DNA from: an uncultured bacterium
GTDB lineage: Bacteria > Babelota > Babeliae > Babelales > Vermiphilaceae
Direction of reading: 5' to 3'
Assembly: GCA_963713925.1 (NCBI GenBank)
Contig: OY970212.1
Span: 800,001 to 864,000, forward strand
DNA: 64,000 nucleotides
Shown: positions 20,704-31,186 of the stretch, piece after piece
How positions within the stretch are numbered: the stretch's first letter is position 1
Layout of the letters: the number at the start of each line of letters is the position of its first letter
Notes under the pieces: model-generated
Told to the model about the DNA's origin: nothing
The model's input: only the letters and a program-made list of their open reading frames with translations
The model's database searches: none
Program-made: the position numbers and the translations under genes

Positions 20704-21719
20704 TTTTTATATTCCCCAAGTTCACTGTGTTCACTTGGGACCCGAGTATTATGCCCAACCTCACTACGTTCGCTTGGGACCCGAGTATTATACCCAATCT
20801 CACTGCGTTCGCTTGGGACCCGGGTATTGGAGCCCCCGAATGGAACATTCGGAGTATTTGATAGTGACTGTGCGAAATGAGTTGACGAATATGGTGTAAA
20901 CCCAGGAATCTGCTTGAGATTCAAACGATATATATACTCCATTCTCGCCTTCAACGATGGTCGTTTTGAAAATAGTTCATATAAAAACAAAGCAGCTCCG
21001 GACGGTTGCGTTCTGAACGCGGCTGATTTCACATCTGCATGCAAATCGGCACCTGCCGCATAGAGCGCAATGCCCAACTCTGCTCCTTTTGGACAGAGCG
21101 TATGAGCGATCGCGTCGTATGTATGTTCGCAGGCACGCGCGTATGCTTTCCCCAAAAATGGCAGTAGCCGAGCTGGATAAGTAAATATCTTTTTAAAGCG
21201 CAATGCCCGCTTCCTTTGTAAACAAGCAAGTTCTCGCGTTACAACAAATTCTACCGCATCAGCACCTTTCTCATATGCCGCTTCCAACAAACGTGAGCTG
21301 ATAATCAAATAGCGAGTACCAACTAATTTATGAGCTACGATATCGAGCAGTCCACCTTGCTGCAAGATGTAGACAGTAGGAATAGTTGCAAGTCCTAGTT
21401 GCGATGATCGTTGTTGAATTAATTCAATGACATCTGGAAATTGGGCATCATTCACGCGAATACCATTTCCTCGAATGTGCCCTTGCGAAAGCGCTTGTGG
21501 TATCACCGCAAAAAGCACGTAGAAGATAGCTATTATAATAGATGCGATAAATAGCACAGACACGAAAGGAATGAGCTGAACGCGTGGGAGAAAAAAGAAT
21601 AGTAAGCCTCGTAACCTGTAGCTCAAAAAAACAACGAGCAACACATTTAAAGCCACTATAACGCCGAAATAGATTCTTTCTTTTTCATGTATTGGAAAAT
21701 TCATACTGCTCCCACTCAT
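20700..21719 (-). CDS. M48-like membrane protein lacking HExxH (RELAC), with a repeat-derived tail
   Basis: Colinear with 21716..22600 (QFPDV, GG.L, AY..G.DAV.F, AY.RACE.T.DA). Confidence 0.8.
   Translation of the reverse strand: MSGSSMNFPIHEKERIYFGVIVALNVLLVVFLSYRLRGLLFFFLPRVQLIPFVSVLFIASIIIAIFYVLFAVIPQALSQGHIRGNGIRVNDAQFPDVIELIQQRSSQLGLATIPTVYILQQGGLLDIVAHKLVGTRYLIISSRLLEAAYEKGADAVEFVVTRELACLQRKRALRFKKIFTYPARLLPFLGKAYARACEHTYDAIAHTLCPKGAELGIALYAAGADLHADVKSAAFRTQPSGAALFLYELFSKRPSLKARMEYIYRLNLKQIPGFTPYSSTHFAQSLSNTPNVPFGGSNTRVPSERSEIGYNTRVPSERSEVGHNTRVPSEHSELGEYKK
20715..20831. repeat. Three tandem 39-bp palindromic units inside a CDS
   Basis: CCCAA...TTGGGACCCG[AG]GTATT starting at 20715, 20754, 20793. 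Confidence 0.95.
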
Positions 21720-22600
21720 AACAATGGATTTTCATCTTGATTGGAACGATCTTCTTTCAAACCAAAAACCGAATCTGTTTTGGCGACAGGCTGACGATCT
21801 TTCAAAGCTCCGGTAAACATCTGCTGTTCGAATTGCAACTGCTGAATTCTGGTTATTCGACGTATCAAATGAGGATGACTTGCACATTTTTCTGCAAATC
21901 GCACTGCAAATCCATGTTCAGCGTGACCATCTGCAAGTACCGATTGCAGGTTAACTTTTTTATACAATTTACTTCCGGCCGCAAGGATAAGCATACCTTG
22001 CTGTGCCCCTTCGGGACAAAGCGCAAAACCAATTGCGTCAGCGGTATATTCACAAGCGCGTGAATATGCACTTGAAACAAATGGTATCATTCGAGCGGGC
22101 GCCATCAACCATTGCTTCCACCCACCTACATGATTGCGGGCAATATGTCCAAGCTCATGCCCAACAATAAAGGCAACCGCATCTTTTCCTTCTTGATATG
22201 CAAGTGCAAAGAGATCAGAATAAAGAACTACGTGGTTTTTACTCACCAATCGAGTTGCAAACGCATTCAAAATCCCGCCACCCTCTAACAAATAAAATTC
22301 CGGAACTACATTCAAACCGAGTTTTGCAGATTGGTTTTTAATGATTTCGAAAACATCGGGAAACTGTTTTTCACTCACTTTAATGGCATTGCCCTGTAAA
22401 TATCCCATTAAAAAAACGGGGAATACAAAACGAAATATAATAAACAAAAGAACATAGGTTAAAATAGTGGCTGCATCTTTGAATCTCCCTTCCGCAAATC
22501 CGGTCCAGATCATAGAGAAGACCCATGAATATAACCAGACACCGATAATAATCATTATCCACGCATATTTATTTTCGTTATGATGAACTCTCAACAGCAT
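21716..22600 (-). CDS. M48 family zinc metallopeptidase
   Basis: LNAFA, HELGH, SRACEYTAD, SHP. Confidence 0.9.
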   Translation of the reverse strand: MLLRVHHNENKYAWIMIIIGVWLYSWVFSMIWTGFAEGRFKDAATILTYVLLFIIFRFVFPVFLMGYLQGNAIKVSEKQFPDVFEIIKNQSAKLGLNVVPEFYLLEGGGILNAFATRLVSKNHVVLYSDLFALAYQEGKDAVAFIVGHELGHIARNHVGGWKQWLMAPARMIPFVSSAYSRACEYTADAIGFALCPEGAQQGMLILAAGSKLYKKVNLQSVLADGHAEHGFAVRFAEKCASHPHLIRRITRIQQLQFEQQMFTGALKDRQPVAKTDSVFGLKEDRSNQDENPLL

Positions 22601-22792
22601 GAAATCTCCTTTATGAGATATGGTGGCTTATAACATTTTGATCTGATCAGGAGAAATCTAGTAAATTGCTTTGATTTTGTCTATCAAAAATGGATATATG
22701 GAATAAATTCTTTTCATTAAAAAGAGAATCTGTCACAATTACACATAAATAGTAATGAATGCGTATTGCCGAAACGGATTCAAGGAAATATC

Positions 22793-24583
22793 ATGTTATT
22801 CAAGCACATGCTCAACATTTTACCGGTCAATTTTCAAAAGCCATGGTGGCAACTCTTTTGGAACCAAAAGGCTCTTTTTTCAGTCATTCTCGCCATCGTT
22901 TCTTTTCAACACATCCTTTGGACGTTCCTCCCTTTTACCGCAGCCAAGCTTTTTGAATTACACAGCGCTTCCATATGTCTTGCTTTTTTTGCTGTCTGGT
23001 TGTGTCTTGAGTTTCTTTTGACGAGCATTCGCGTCAAGCTTAATAACAAATTCCAGCTCCAATGCATTCATAGTATTTATCAAAATACGCACCAATATTT
23101 ATTGACGGTTGATCCTCATTATCATATCTATCAATCAAGTGGCGCAATGCTGGCAAAGATTGAGCGTGCTGCCCGATCATATGAAGATCTCGCGGATCAC
23201 CTAACCTATGAATTTGTGCCGCTAATCGCAGGAATTATCGCGGTTGCCATCGCCATGTGCAGCTATTCATTTGCTTTGGGCGGCATCACCCTCTTTTTCA
23301 TCACCAGCATTCTTGCTATCGGATATTATTTTTCTCGCTCTTATTCAACAGTTTTAGAAGGTAAATTTATTGTCAGTGATGATCGATTTAAAGCGACTGC
23401 ATCGGAGAACCTGAATCAGATTCCGCTCATTCGAAGCACATTTGCTTCGGAATTTCGTCAGGAAAAATTAAATAAAACAATTGAGAACAATATGAAAACA
23501 GAATCACGGCTCTGGTTTTCATATTCATTCCTCTTTTTAGGGCTCAATCTATTATATCTCGTATCGTTGGCAACGCTCAGCTTCTTTCTCATTTGGAAAA
23601 TGAACACCGCATTTCTGAGCGCTGCAACCGCGCTTGGTCTTTTTCTGGCTTATGTGCAAAGCTCACGAGAAATCACCCGATTTGGGCGCCTACTGAGAAA
23701 AATAACCAAAAGCAAAACTGCCATTGTAGATCTCTTTGAATTCATGTCGACTTTTGGCAAACAAACATTTCCAGTGCTCGGCCCAGCGCTATCGGAAGTG
23801 CCAAAAAACAATGAAACCGTCATTCAGGCAACCAATATTTCATTTGATTATGGCAAAGCAACACTTTTTAATGGTCACACGCTCGCATTGACCTGTTCAA
23901 AGAGCCAGCCTTCAAAATTATATGGCATCATCGGACCATCCGGATCAGGCAAAACGACTATCCTTTCTATTTTGGGTGGTCAACTCAAACCAATTGTCGG
24001 CACCATCACCATTAATGGGATGAATATGTATGAGATCAACGATGCGATGCGCCGACAGCTCGTTGTATTGCAAGGTCAAGTTGCATCAACGCTGGGTGGA
24101 ACACTGAAAGAAAATATGTTGCTTGGTCTTCCTGACGATCATGGATACACCGATCAAAACTTGCTCACTATTCTGGATCAAGTCGGGCTTCTTTCCATTT
24201 TTGCCCAATATGATGGGCTCTCAACGGAACTGGGTGAAGGTGGATTGAGCATGTCGGGCGGCCAACGTCAACGGCTCAACTTTGCAGGGCTCTACCTGCG
24301 CGCACGATTCTACAAGCCGCTTGTCGTTCTTATTGACGAACCAACCAGCAGCCTTGATGAGATAAGTGAGGCTGCAATCACCCTTTTAATTGAAAAATTG
24401 GCACAAGATTCCGTCACGCTTGTGGTCGCTCACCGATTGAAGACCATTGAGAAAGCAGTTGGCATCATCGACTTGTCATTGCTATCTCAAAGCAAGACAA
24501 TCACCACCTACCCACCAAATGTGTTATTGGAGAAATCAGTCTATTATAAAGAGCTCGTGCATGGTATTATAGAAATGCCATAA
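22793..24583 (+). CDS. ABC exporter, fused permease/ATPase
   Basis: N-terminal TM domain; GPSGSGKTT, MSGGQRQRL, IDEPTSSLD, VAHRL. Confidence 0.9.
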   Translation: MLFKHMLNILPVNFQKPWWQLFWNQKALFSVILAIVSFQHILWTFLPFTAAKLFELHSASICLAFFAVWLCLEFLLTSIRVKLNNKFQLQCIHSIYQNTHQYLLTVDPHYHIYQSSGAMLAKIERAARSYEDLADHLTYEFVPLIAGIIAVAIAMCSYSFALGGITLFFITSILAIGYYFSRSYSTVLEGKFIVSDDRFKATASENLNQIPLIRSTFASEFRQEKLNKTIENNMKTESRLWFSYSFLFLGLNLLYLVSLATLSFFLIWKMNTAFLSAATALGLFLAYVQSSREITRFGRLLRKITKSKTAIVDLFEFMSTFGKQTFPVLGPALSEVPKNNETVIQATNISFDYGKATLFNGHTLALTCSKSQPSKLYGIIGPSGSGKTTILSILGGQLKPIVGTITINGMNMYEINDAMRRQLVVLQGQVASTLGGTLKENMLLGLPDDHGYTDQNLLTILDQVGLLSIFAQYDGLSTELGEGGLSMSGGQRQRLNFAGLYLRARFYKPLVVLIDEPTSSLDEISEAAITLLIEKLAQDSVTLVVAHRLKTIEKAVGIIDLSLLSQSKTITTYPPNVLLEKSVYYKELVHGIIEMP

Positions 24584-24628
24584 GCATTTGATAATGCGCA
24601 TTACAATACAATTTCACCAAGGATTTCC

Positions 24629-25702
24629 ATGAAAAAACTTATTTTACTTATTTTTTTGGGCGCATATTCATCTGCAAGCAATAGCCCAGGGAGGTCAAAT
24701 CAATTAAATGAACCGCTCATTCATTATATTATTTCAGAAAAGAATGAAAAAATGTTAGATCTCATTAATCGAGGACAAACGCTACGATTACTCAGTCTTG
24801 CGAGCAAGGAATTTAATAAGGCAATCAACCAAGATACAACAACCGAAAAATTTATAGCTTCAGCAAAACCTCTCCTCAAACAAGGAAGAGTCTCTCAACT
24901 TTTGTTATTGTCTACGAAAAATGCACGAAATCAACTATCCAATCCGGACTTTCACCTGACCGATTACATGCACAGCCTCTCTGTCACAAAAAACTTAGCA
25001 ACTCTTTATCAAACAGATCCGCTTAGAACCATGTATCAAGCTTTGCAAGGTATATGGAGTCACCTTCTGCCAACGAGGCAAGCATATGATAAACAACTGT
25101 TAGACGGAAAATATGCTTTTTTTGAAAAAGGGAAATGTTTACGCATCAGCGATACAAAATCTATTCTTTATATCAATTCTGACAATCAATTTGCGATAGG
25201 CACCTTCCAACCCTGCGAAACAACTTCTTCTAATTTTAAGATAAAAGTATATGAAGTTGATAATGATAACCTTCTTGTGAAAGGTAAAACAGAAGGTGAA
25301 TTCTACCTCGTTTACAGCCAAAAACAAGGTGATAATCTATGGATTGAGGTCTGCCTTTTAAAGCAAACGGCTTCCGATACTTTTATGGAACCTAAAATTT
25401 TAAATGGGAGTACGATGGGTGAGCTCATGTATCAACTTAAGTTGCTCAACGCTCGGATCCATGGAAACGATCTCATCATTCAAGGTACTTGTCTCACAAC
25501 GCTTCGTCCCGGTCGTCACAATGTGATTTTTCCAATAAATCTCGAGAAACCCTGTGAATCCACCGTCACACTGTCTCCAATATCATCCGAAGAAGACGTA
25601 AGCTGCATGGCAATCAATGCCGATGGGAAAATCATTATAGGAAATCCCAATAAGACTTGCTTAAAATATGATCCGAAAACTTGTAAACTTCTCAAAGACT
25701 AA
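24629..25702 (+). CDS. Secreted protein with F-box-like motif, paralogue 1
   Basis: MKKLIL signal; LRLLSLASKEF; C-terminal DVSCMAINA.G...CLKYDP shared with the next gene. Confidence 0.7.
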   Translation: MKKLILLIFLGAYSSASNSPGRSNQLNEPLIHYIISEKNEKMLDLINRGQTLRLLSLASKEFNKAINQDTTTEKFIASAKPLLKQGRVSQLLLLSTKNARNQLSNPDFHLTDYMHSLSVTKNLATLYQTDPLRTMYQALQGIWSHLLPTRQAYDKQLLDGKYAFFEKGKCLRISDTKSILYINSDNQFAIGTFQPCETTSSNFKIKVYEVDNDNLLVKGKTEGEFYLVYSQKQGDNLWIEVCLLKQTASDTFMEPKILNGSTMGELMYQLKLLNARIHGNDLIIQGTCLTTLRPGRHNVIFPINLEKPCESTVTLSPISSEEDVSCMAINADGKIIIGNPNKTCLKYDPKTCKLLKD

Positions 25703-25861
25703 TTCTTTTATCGGGGCTTGACATCACGCCAGGCCCTTCGCTATAAAAATCCTATTCCATGCATTATTAGGAAATATAAAGAACTCGTGCATGGTATTAT
25801 AGAAATGCCGTAAATATTGTTAATACGCATTATATCACAACAACTTCATCAAAGGTTCTCC

Positions 25862-27043
25862 ATGAAAAAACTTATCTTATGTTCTTTTATATTCATATAT
25901 GTACATGCAAGTGATCAGAAGAATCCATTGTCTTTTGACTCACTCGTTCCTGACACAAAAGCCCTCATTATTTCAAAAGCGATCAATCAGCGGCCATCTA
26001 ATCTTTTTGATATTTTTAAAATGGGTGAGGAGCTTACATCGCTGAGTCTTGTGAGCAAAGAATGGCATACGGTCGTGGATCAAGGAGCAACCGATGAAGT
26101 TTTAAAAAACGTCAGTCGCGTCGTAAATCCGTCAAGTTATTTCGCGCTCGCTCTGCTTCATACGCATGCCACGCTCAATAGAATCAACCAAAAAAAGGAA
26201 ATTCTTTTGCACCCGGAACCTTTCAAAAAAGGTCTGAGCCCAAAACTACAAATATCTGAATTAGCTGATCTTTATGCGGGATTCACACAGATAAAAAATT
26301 GTGCGACCTTATATCAAAAAAAGGGAATGAAAGATGCATATAATGCTCTACAAAGCGTATGGAATGAACCGATTCAATTCAGGAAATATCTGGCTTCTTA
26401 TAGAGAAGAGCCACATGGGGTGACTTACGATCTTGCAACGTACAAAATGTTAAAATTAACCGAAGGTTATTTTGTATCTACCTGCATGACATCAAACAAT
26501 TCGTTTGAAGTACTTCCCATGAAATTCGAGAACAGGCAAATAACTGAACCGCCTTCGGCAAATGAATCACATGACTTTAAAGCACATGAATTTCTAAACA
26601 TCACGAGCGGTTTGTTGATCAGAAATAATAAATATCCAAGCGAACCTTATTTAGTTACGACATGCGGAACCATGCTGGAAGTTATAAGCCGCATTGATTT
26701 TTCCTCAAAAAATCGTAATCCGGATGAGACGTTTGATTTTGCCGGTGTTATTGCCGGGTCCGCTGCTGGGACGATGCCCCGCTTACTGAACGGACGTGTT
26801 TATAAAAATGCTTTATTCATCCAAGTGGCCCTTGAAGGCACGCGCCGTGATAATTACATCATGAAAATTGCTGTATTGCCCAACGAGCAACTTCACGTCG
26901 AAAGATTTATGCTCGCAATCCTCGGAAAAAGTGATGACGTTAGCTGCATGGCAATTAATGCCGAAGGACAAATCGTTGTGGGATGCCCCGATAAGATTTG
27001 CTTAAAATATGATCCCGAAACTTTGGCCCCAATCCAAGACTAA
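25862..27043 (+). CDS. Secreted protein with F-box-like motif, paralogue 2
   Basis: MKKLIL signal; FDSLVPDTKALII...LTSLSLVSKEW. Confidence 0.7.
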   Translation: MKKLILCSFIFIYVHASDQKNPLSFDSLVPDTKALIISKAINQRPSNLFDIFKMGEELTSLSLVSKEWHTVVDQGATDEVLKNVSRVVNPSSYFALALLHTHATLNRINQKKEILLHPEPFKKGLSPKLQISELADLYAGFTQIKNCATLYQKKGMKDAYNALQSVWNEPIQFRKYLASYREEPHGVTYDLATYKMLKLTEGYFVSTCMTSNNSFEVLPMKFENRQITEPPSANESHDFKAHEFLNITSGLLIRNNKYPSEPYLVTTCGTMLEVISRIDFSSKNRNPDETFDFAGVIAGSAAGTMPRLLNGRVYKNALFIQVALEGTRRDNYIMKIAVLPNEQLHVERFMLAILGKSDDVSCMAINAEGQIVVGCPDKICLKYDPETLAPIQD

Positions 27044-27518
27044 ACTTTGTGGAATCTTAAATGGAAAAATTATTACGGGTATATTGGAGATTAGGACACC
27101 AAAGAAAAACATCTCTTATCAATATCTCCCCAAAGATTATTTCGAGCATCGTCAGCTCGATTTGGGGATGGCAAAGTTTCTTAAAGTGACCAAAGATGGG
27201 ACTATAGAAGATGACCCAAAAGGCAGTAGGCTCCAAGAGAAACGCGAAAACAGGAGCCGTCAGAAGAATAAGACGATGTGTACGATCTTAGAGACTAAAG
27301 AACAACCCCTCCTTTGCATTGCAGCAATAAGACCCCTTATCCCCCTTTTGTGCCCCTGTAACTTGTTTTTACCTATTTCATTAAAATCGGAACCCTCCAA
27401 TCATTCGATCTCGATATTTTCTATTTGTCAACATGGCCCTTGCGCCACTTATAGCAACCTGTAAAATTAATACAAAATAGTAATACTGTACAAAGGTCCT
27501 ACAATGGAGGTTAGATCT

Positions 27519-29639
27519 GTGAAAAAGTTACTTTATTCTGTGCTCTCGGCACTCTTTTGCTCATTAAATCTTTTGGGACAATCCATAGCCCCCCGTGCGG
27601 CTTCGTTTCCGACGACCGGATATGGCGTGAGTCGTGTTAACCCAAGTTCTACCATAGACCCTGATTTTTGTGGGAATAAACACAAAAACTTGGTTCTTTT
27701 AAAAGATATCGTCCAAGGGACTCCTCGCGTTGTTATACCTGAATTTATGGGAATATCCTCTCGACGAGTCGAAGATTTTTTAAAGCAACACAAAAAATAT
27801 CAAGTAATTGATATTTTGGATGAATACGAGCGTGCAATCAAACTCTTACAGCCAACATCTTCCTTGCTTCCTATGCCTATCATAAGAGCGGCACGGTTCT
27901 TACATTTCATGTCGCCTGATTCATCAGAAAGAGCAGAAGCTATCCTTAAGCAAATACAAAAAGATATCAAATATTGCTTTGCACATAATCCATTTCCTTT
28001 TACCAAAGATGAACGAGAACTTTTCAATCGTATTGCACAACAAAATCAATTCTTCATGGTCAGAAGTACCGGTGTTGAAGATGGTGCAATAGCAAATGCG
28101 GGCGGAAACGCAAGTATTGCTTACGTTAACCCGACGGAAAAAGATATCCAATGTGCGATGGGCGAAGTTATCGCTTCTTATTTTGGAATGCAATCATTGA
28201 AAAACCGTAGTGCCGGTGGCGAAAATTTGACTTGCGAACTCTGTCTGCCGGTCTTAATTCAAGTGCTCATCGGAGAAGCATTTGATGGCGCAGGTAATCA
28301 GCAAGATATTCCTGTTTCCGGGGTTGCATACACAACCAACCAAAGTTTGAGTTCTCAAAACTTTACTGTCACCGAAATCAACGCAGCTTATGGACATGGA
28401 GAAGGCGTTGTCGCCAATCGTGTAACCGCTGATCGTTATTTTGTCACACAATCACGCACTCAAAACGCAAACAATATATATCCGATGCTCTATCATAAAT
28501 CAGAGCGACTGGTGCCACATAAAGACGTGTCAGGAAATCATACGCTTATTACTCACACCAATGATGAAACCCTGGCTACCAAAAGCGCATTATCTCAAGA
28601 GCAAATCAATAATTTGTGTACTATTTTGAAAAAAATTGAAGAATCATACGGTAAGCCGATGGACGTCGAGTTTGTTGTCGTAGATTCTACCATCTATATT
28701 GTGCAAGCACGCCCTGCCATGTATACTCCGGCACAGCCTTCGTATCTTGATCTTAACACAATCAACCCTGATGATATTTCTCAACCATTAGTTGGTAATT
28801 GTATTGTTCCGGGAAAAGCGAATGTTCTGACAATAACAAATCCAAACGATGTTATTATCTGCAAAGCATTAGATGATGCGGATCAAAATCCTCAAAGCAC
28901 AAAGTGCAAAGCCGTTATCGTTGACACCTGGGCTTCGTCGCTCTCGCATGCGGCAGTAAACTTTAAAACATATGGAACACCATGCATTGTCGTTCAAGAT
29001 CTCAGTGAAGCAAAAAAACTTATCAATCAAATCTCAAAAGAGCAACCGCTCCTGTTTGATGTTCAACAACAAACGATCGCCCTCTGGAAAAATACACAAA
29101 AAGATGCTGAATCATGTATCGTCAATGGATGGCTTGAACACCCACTCAACCGAACAATTTCAGTATGGACAGATGCCCTTTCGGTTGCCGACGTGCATAC
29201 AAATCCACTGCCACAAGATGGAAAGCTGGCATCGTTATTTGAAAAAATAAAAAAATCAGTCGATCCGCAGGAGCAAAAAAAGCTCTTAAATGATCTCGTG
29301 ATCTCGATTGGACAAAGAATCTCGCTTACCGATCGCCGCATTGGCCATCTTGGTTGTTGTGGTGATGCATTTAAAAAGAGATTCGAATCATTTAAATCAA
29401 CACTTCAAACGCTTCTTCTTGAATTAACGACCAGCATTGAACAACGGGCTGAACGATTTGAAACGCTTTTTTATCTCAAGCTTTTAGAAGCATTGTTGTA
29501 TCAAAAAAGCGAAAATCAAAAAGTTTTAGGTGGGTATACGTATACCTACTTCCTCAATGAGCTGTATGACAAACAAGCGGGCTTTATGGCCATGTTGAGA
29601 CTCGGCACACAAAACTTACTCTTTGGCAATTTCTTTTAA
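27519..29639 (+). CDS. Exported PEP-synthase/PPDK-like dikinase (ATP-grasp plus phospho-His domain)
   Basis: VRSTG, SGVAYT, GHGEGVV, PMDVEF, IYIVQARP, LSHAAV; GGAGG RBS before GTG 27519; signal-like N-terminus. Confidence 0.8.
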   Translation: MKKLLYSVLSALFCSLNLLGQSIAPRAASFPTTGYGVSRVNPSSTIDPDFCGNKHKNLVLLKDIVQGTPRVVIPEFMGISSRRVEDFLKQHKKYQVIDILDEYERAIKLLQPTSSLLPMPIIRAARFLHFMSPDSSERAEAILKQIQKDIKYCFAHNPFPFTKDERELFNRIAQQNQFFMVRSTGVEDGAIANAGGNASIAYVNPTEKDIQCAMGEVIASYFGMQSLKNRSAGGENLTCELCLPVLIQVLIGEAFDGAGNQQDIPVSGVAYTTNQSLSSQNFTVTEINAAYGHGEGVVANRVTADRYFVTQSRTQNANNIYPMLYHKSERLVPHKDVSGNHTLITHTNDETLATKSALSQEQINNLCTILKKIEESYGKPMDVEFVVVDSTIYIVQARPAMYTPAQPSYLDLNTINPDDISQPLVGNCIVPGKANVLTITNPNDVIICKALDDADQNPQSTKCKAVIVDTWASSLSHAAVNFKTYGTPCIVVQDLSEAKKLINQISKEQPLLFDVQQQTIALWKNTQKDAESCIVNGWLEHPLNRTISVWTDALSVADVHTNPLPQDGKLASLFEKIKKSVDPQEQKKLLNDLVISIGQRISLTDRRIGHLGCCGDAFKKRFESFKSTLQTLLLELTTSIEQRAERFETLFYLKLLEALLYQKSENQKVLGGYTYTYFLNELYDKQAGFMAMLRLGTQNLLFGNFF

Positions 29640-29650
29640 AAGGGATAATC

Positions 29651-31186
29651 ATGAATAAAATGATATATAAAACGCTTCTATTTGCTTTAATCTCGTATAC
29701 GGGAATTCATGCAAACCTGACTCAGCAATGGCGCGATTTTTTAATGGCTTCCGAAGCTGTTGCGCAAGATCGCAACCATCAGCTTGATGCCACACAATTT
29801 AAATTAATGCTTTCAGACCTCCAATCGCTTGACGCATTACCATTATGGAAAGCAACGGTGTTCTTTCAGGACATGCGTAAAAAGAACATTTCAGGCTTGT
29901 TGTCACCTGAAAAGAAAGTTCTCACTCGTACTCTATTGAAAAAATTTACTGCTGATTACACTGCGCAAACACAAAACATCTTCAAGAAATGCCTTACTTA
30001 TAAAAAAATCATTTCGCAGTTACATGCTCAGTGCGATAAGACTTTTACGAAAATAGCATCAGTACAAGAGCTGGAATATAACTTACAAGAAAATATCATC
30101 GATCCGATGACGAGCTCGGAATTTGTTAACGACTTCAAAACTGCGCCCTTCATTGCAAAAATTATTTTGTGCGATGTTATGAAATCGACAATAGATATCG
30201 TTGATAAAACAATAAAAACGGTAAAATCAAGCCACAACCTAAACATGAATGCTCGAATTGCTCATATTAAAAGCATGCTCGGCTTATTTAACCGACTTTT
30301 CAAAACATGGGCATGTGAAATTATGCCTGAATTAGCATTGAAATACCATTCTTCCTGGCCATTAGGATCTTATATCCAAGTGAAGCAGCAATTGTTTGAT
30401 ACCATTATGGCAACGCAAAATGACCAATCTGCGCTTGCGAAATCACCACATTTTTCAGTGAATGCCGCCATGCTTGGAAGCTCAACAGCTTTCGAACGCC
30501 ACTATCCTTCAACCATTGAAGATATGTTTATGTTGATTCACCAAAACAGTCTTGTGGTTGTCGCCGGTACATATAACTCACTTTTTCCTAATGCCGTGGA
30601 TACACTCATAGATATACCACAGCAACTGCAAGAATGCGCATCGTTTTTTGAAAAACAGTTTAGTCCATCACATGCAAGCAGACCGCAGCGCATTGGCATT
30701 AATTATACCGCTGATTCTATAGAATTCCTGTATAACATGGCTTTGAGAAATCATAGCTCAACATTCCAGATTGCTTACAATCAAACCACGCAGCAGTGCT
30801 CTCTTTCTATCCAATTCGTCGGTGAAGCCCGTCAGCGCTGGGAACAAATTGCATTCCTTGCAAATCTCAGTCCTGAGCTTTCAGGCCTAAAACATGCTCA
30901 TCCGGTGGTATTTGATAAAAATGCAGGCATTGTCTCGTGTAGCTGGATTATTAAAAACAAAACTGATTTAGATTGTATCTCGAAGTATGTATCGTACATG
31001 GCAGTCCTTTCTTATGAATCATCGCTCTACATGGAAATGTTAACTGATGTGAATCGAAATGCATTATCGATAACTCAATTAAACGATCTTATTAAGCGAA
31101 CATACCTGAGCGCTCCAGGTGACTACCCCACCGTCTCATATTGTTTTGACGTACTCTCTTCGTATAGGAGACAATTCGGATGGTAA
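29651..31186 (+). CDS. Hypothetical exported protein, coupled to the dikinase
   Basis: 11-nt gap; signal KTLLFALISYTGIHA. Confidence 0.8.
   Translation: MNKMIYKTLLFALISYTGIHANLTQQWRDFLMASEAVAQDRNHQLDATQFKLMLSDLQSLDALPLWKATVFFQDMRKKNISGLLSPEKKVLTRTLLKKFTADYTAQTQNIFKKCLTYKKIISQLHAQCDKTFTKIASVQELEYNLQENIIDPMTSSEFVNDFKTAPFIAKIILCDVMKSTIDIVDKTIKTVKSSHNLNMNARIAHIKSMLGLFNRLFKTWACEIMPELALKYHSSWPLGSYIQVKQQLFDTIMATQNDQSALAKSPHFSVNAAMLGSSTAFERHYPSTIEDMFMLIHQNSLVVVAGTYNSLFPNAVDTLIDIPQQLQECASFFEKQFSPSHASRPQRIGINYTADSIEFLYNMALRNHSSTFQIAYNQTTQQCSLSIQFVGEARQRWEQIAFLANLSPELSGLKHAHPVVFDKNAGIVSCSWIIKNKTDLDCISKYVSYMAVLSYESSLYMEMLTDVNRNALSITQLNDLIKRTYLSAPGDYPTVSYCFDVLSSYRRQFGW

Noticed and set aside
20715..20831. 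Mini CRISPR array
   Set aside because: Units are near-identical over their whole 39 bp with no unique spacers, there are no cas genes, and it lies in frame in a CDS
27009..27464. 151-aa ORF between the F-box-like pair and the dikinase
   Set aside because: Overlaps the upstream gene end, no RBS or motif; at most a decayed fragment
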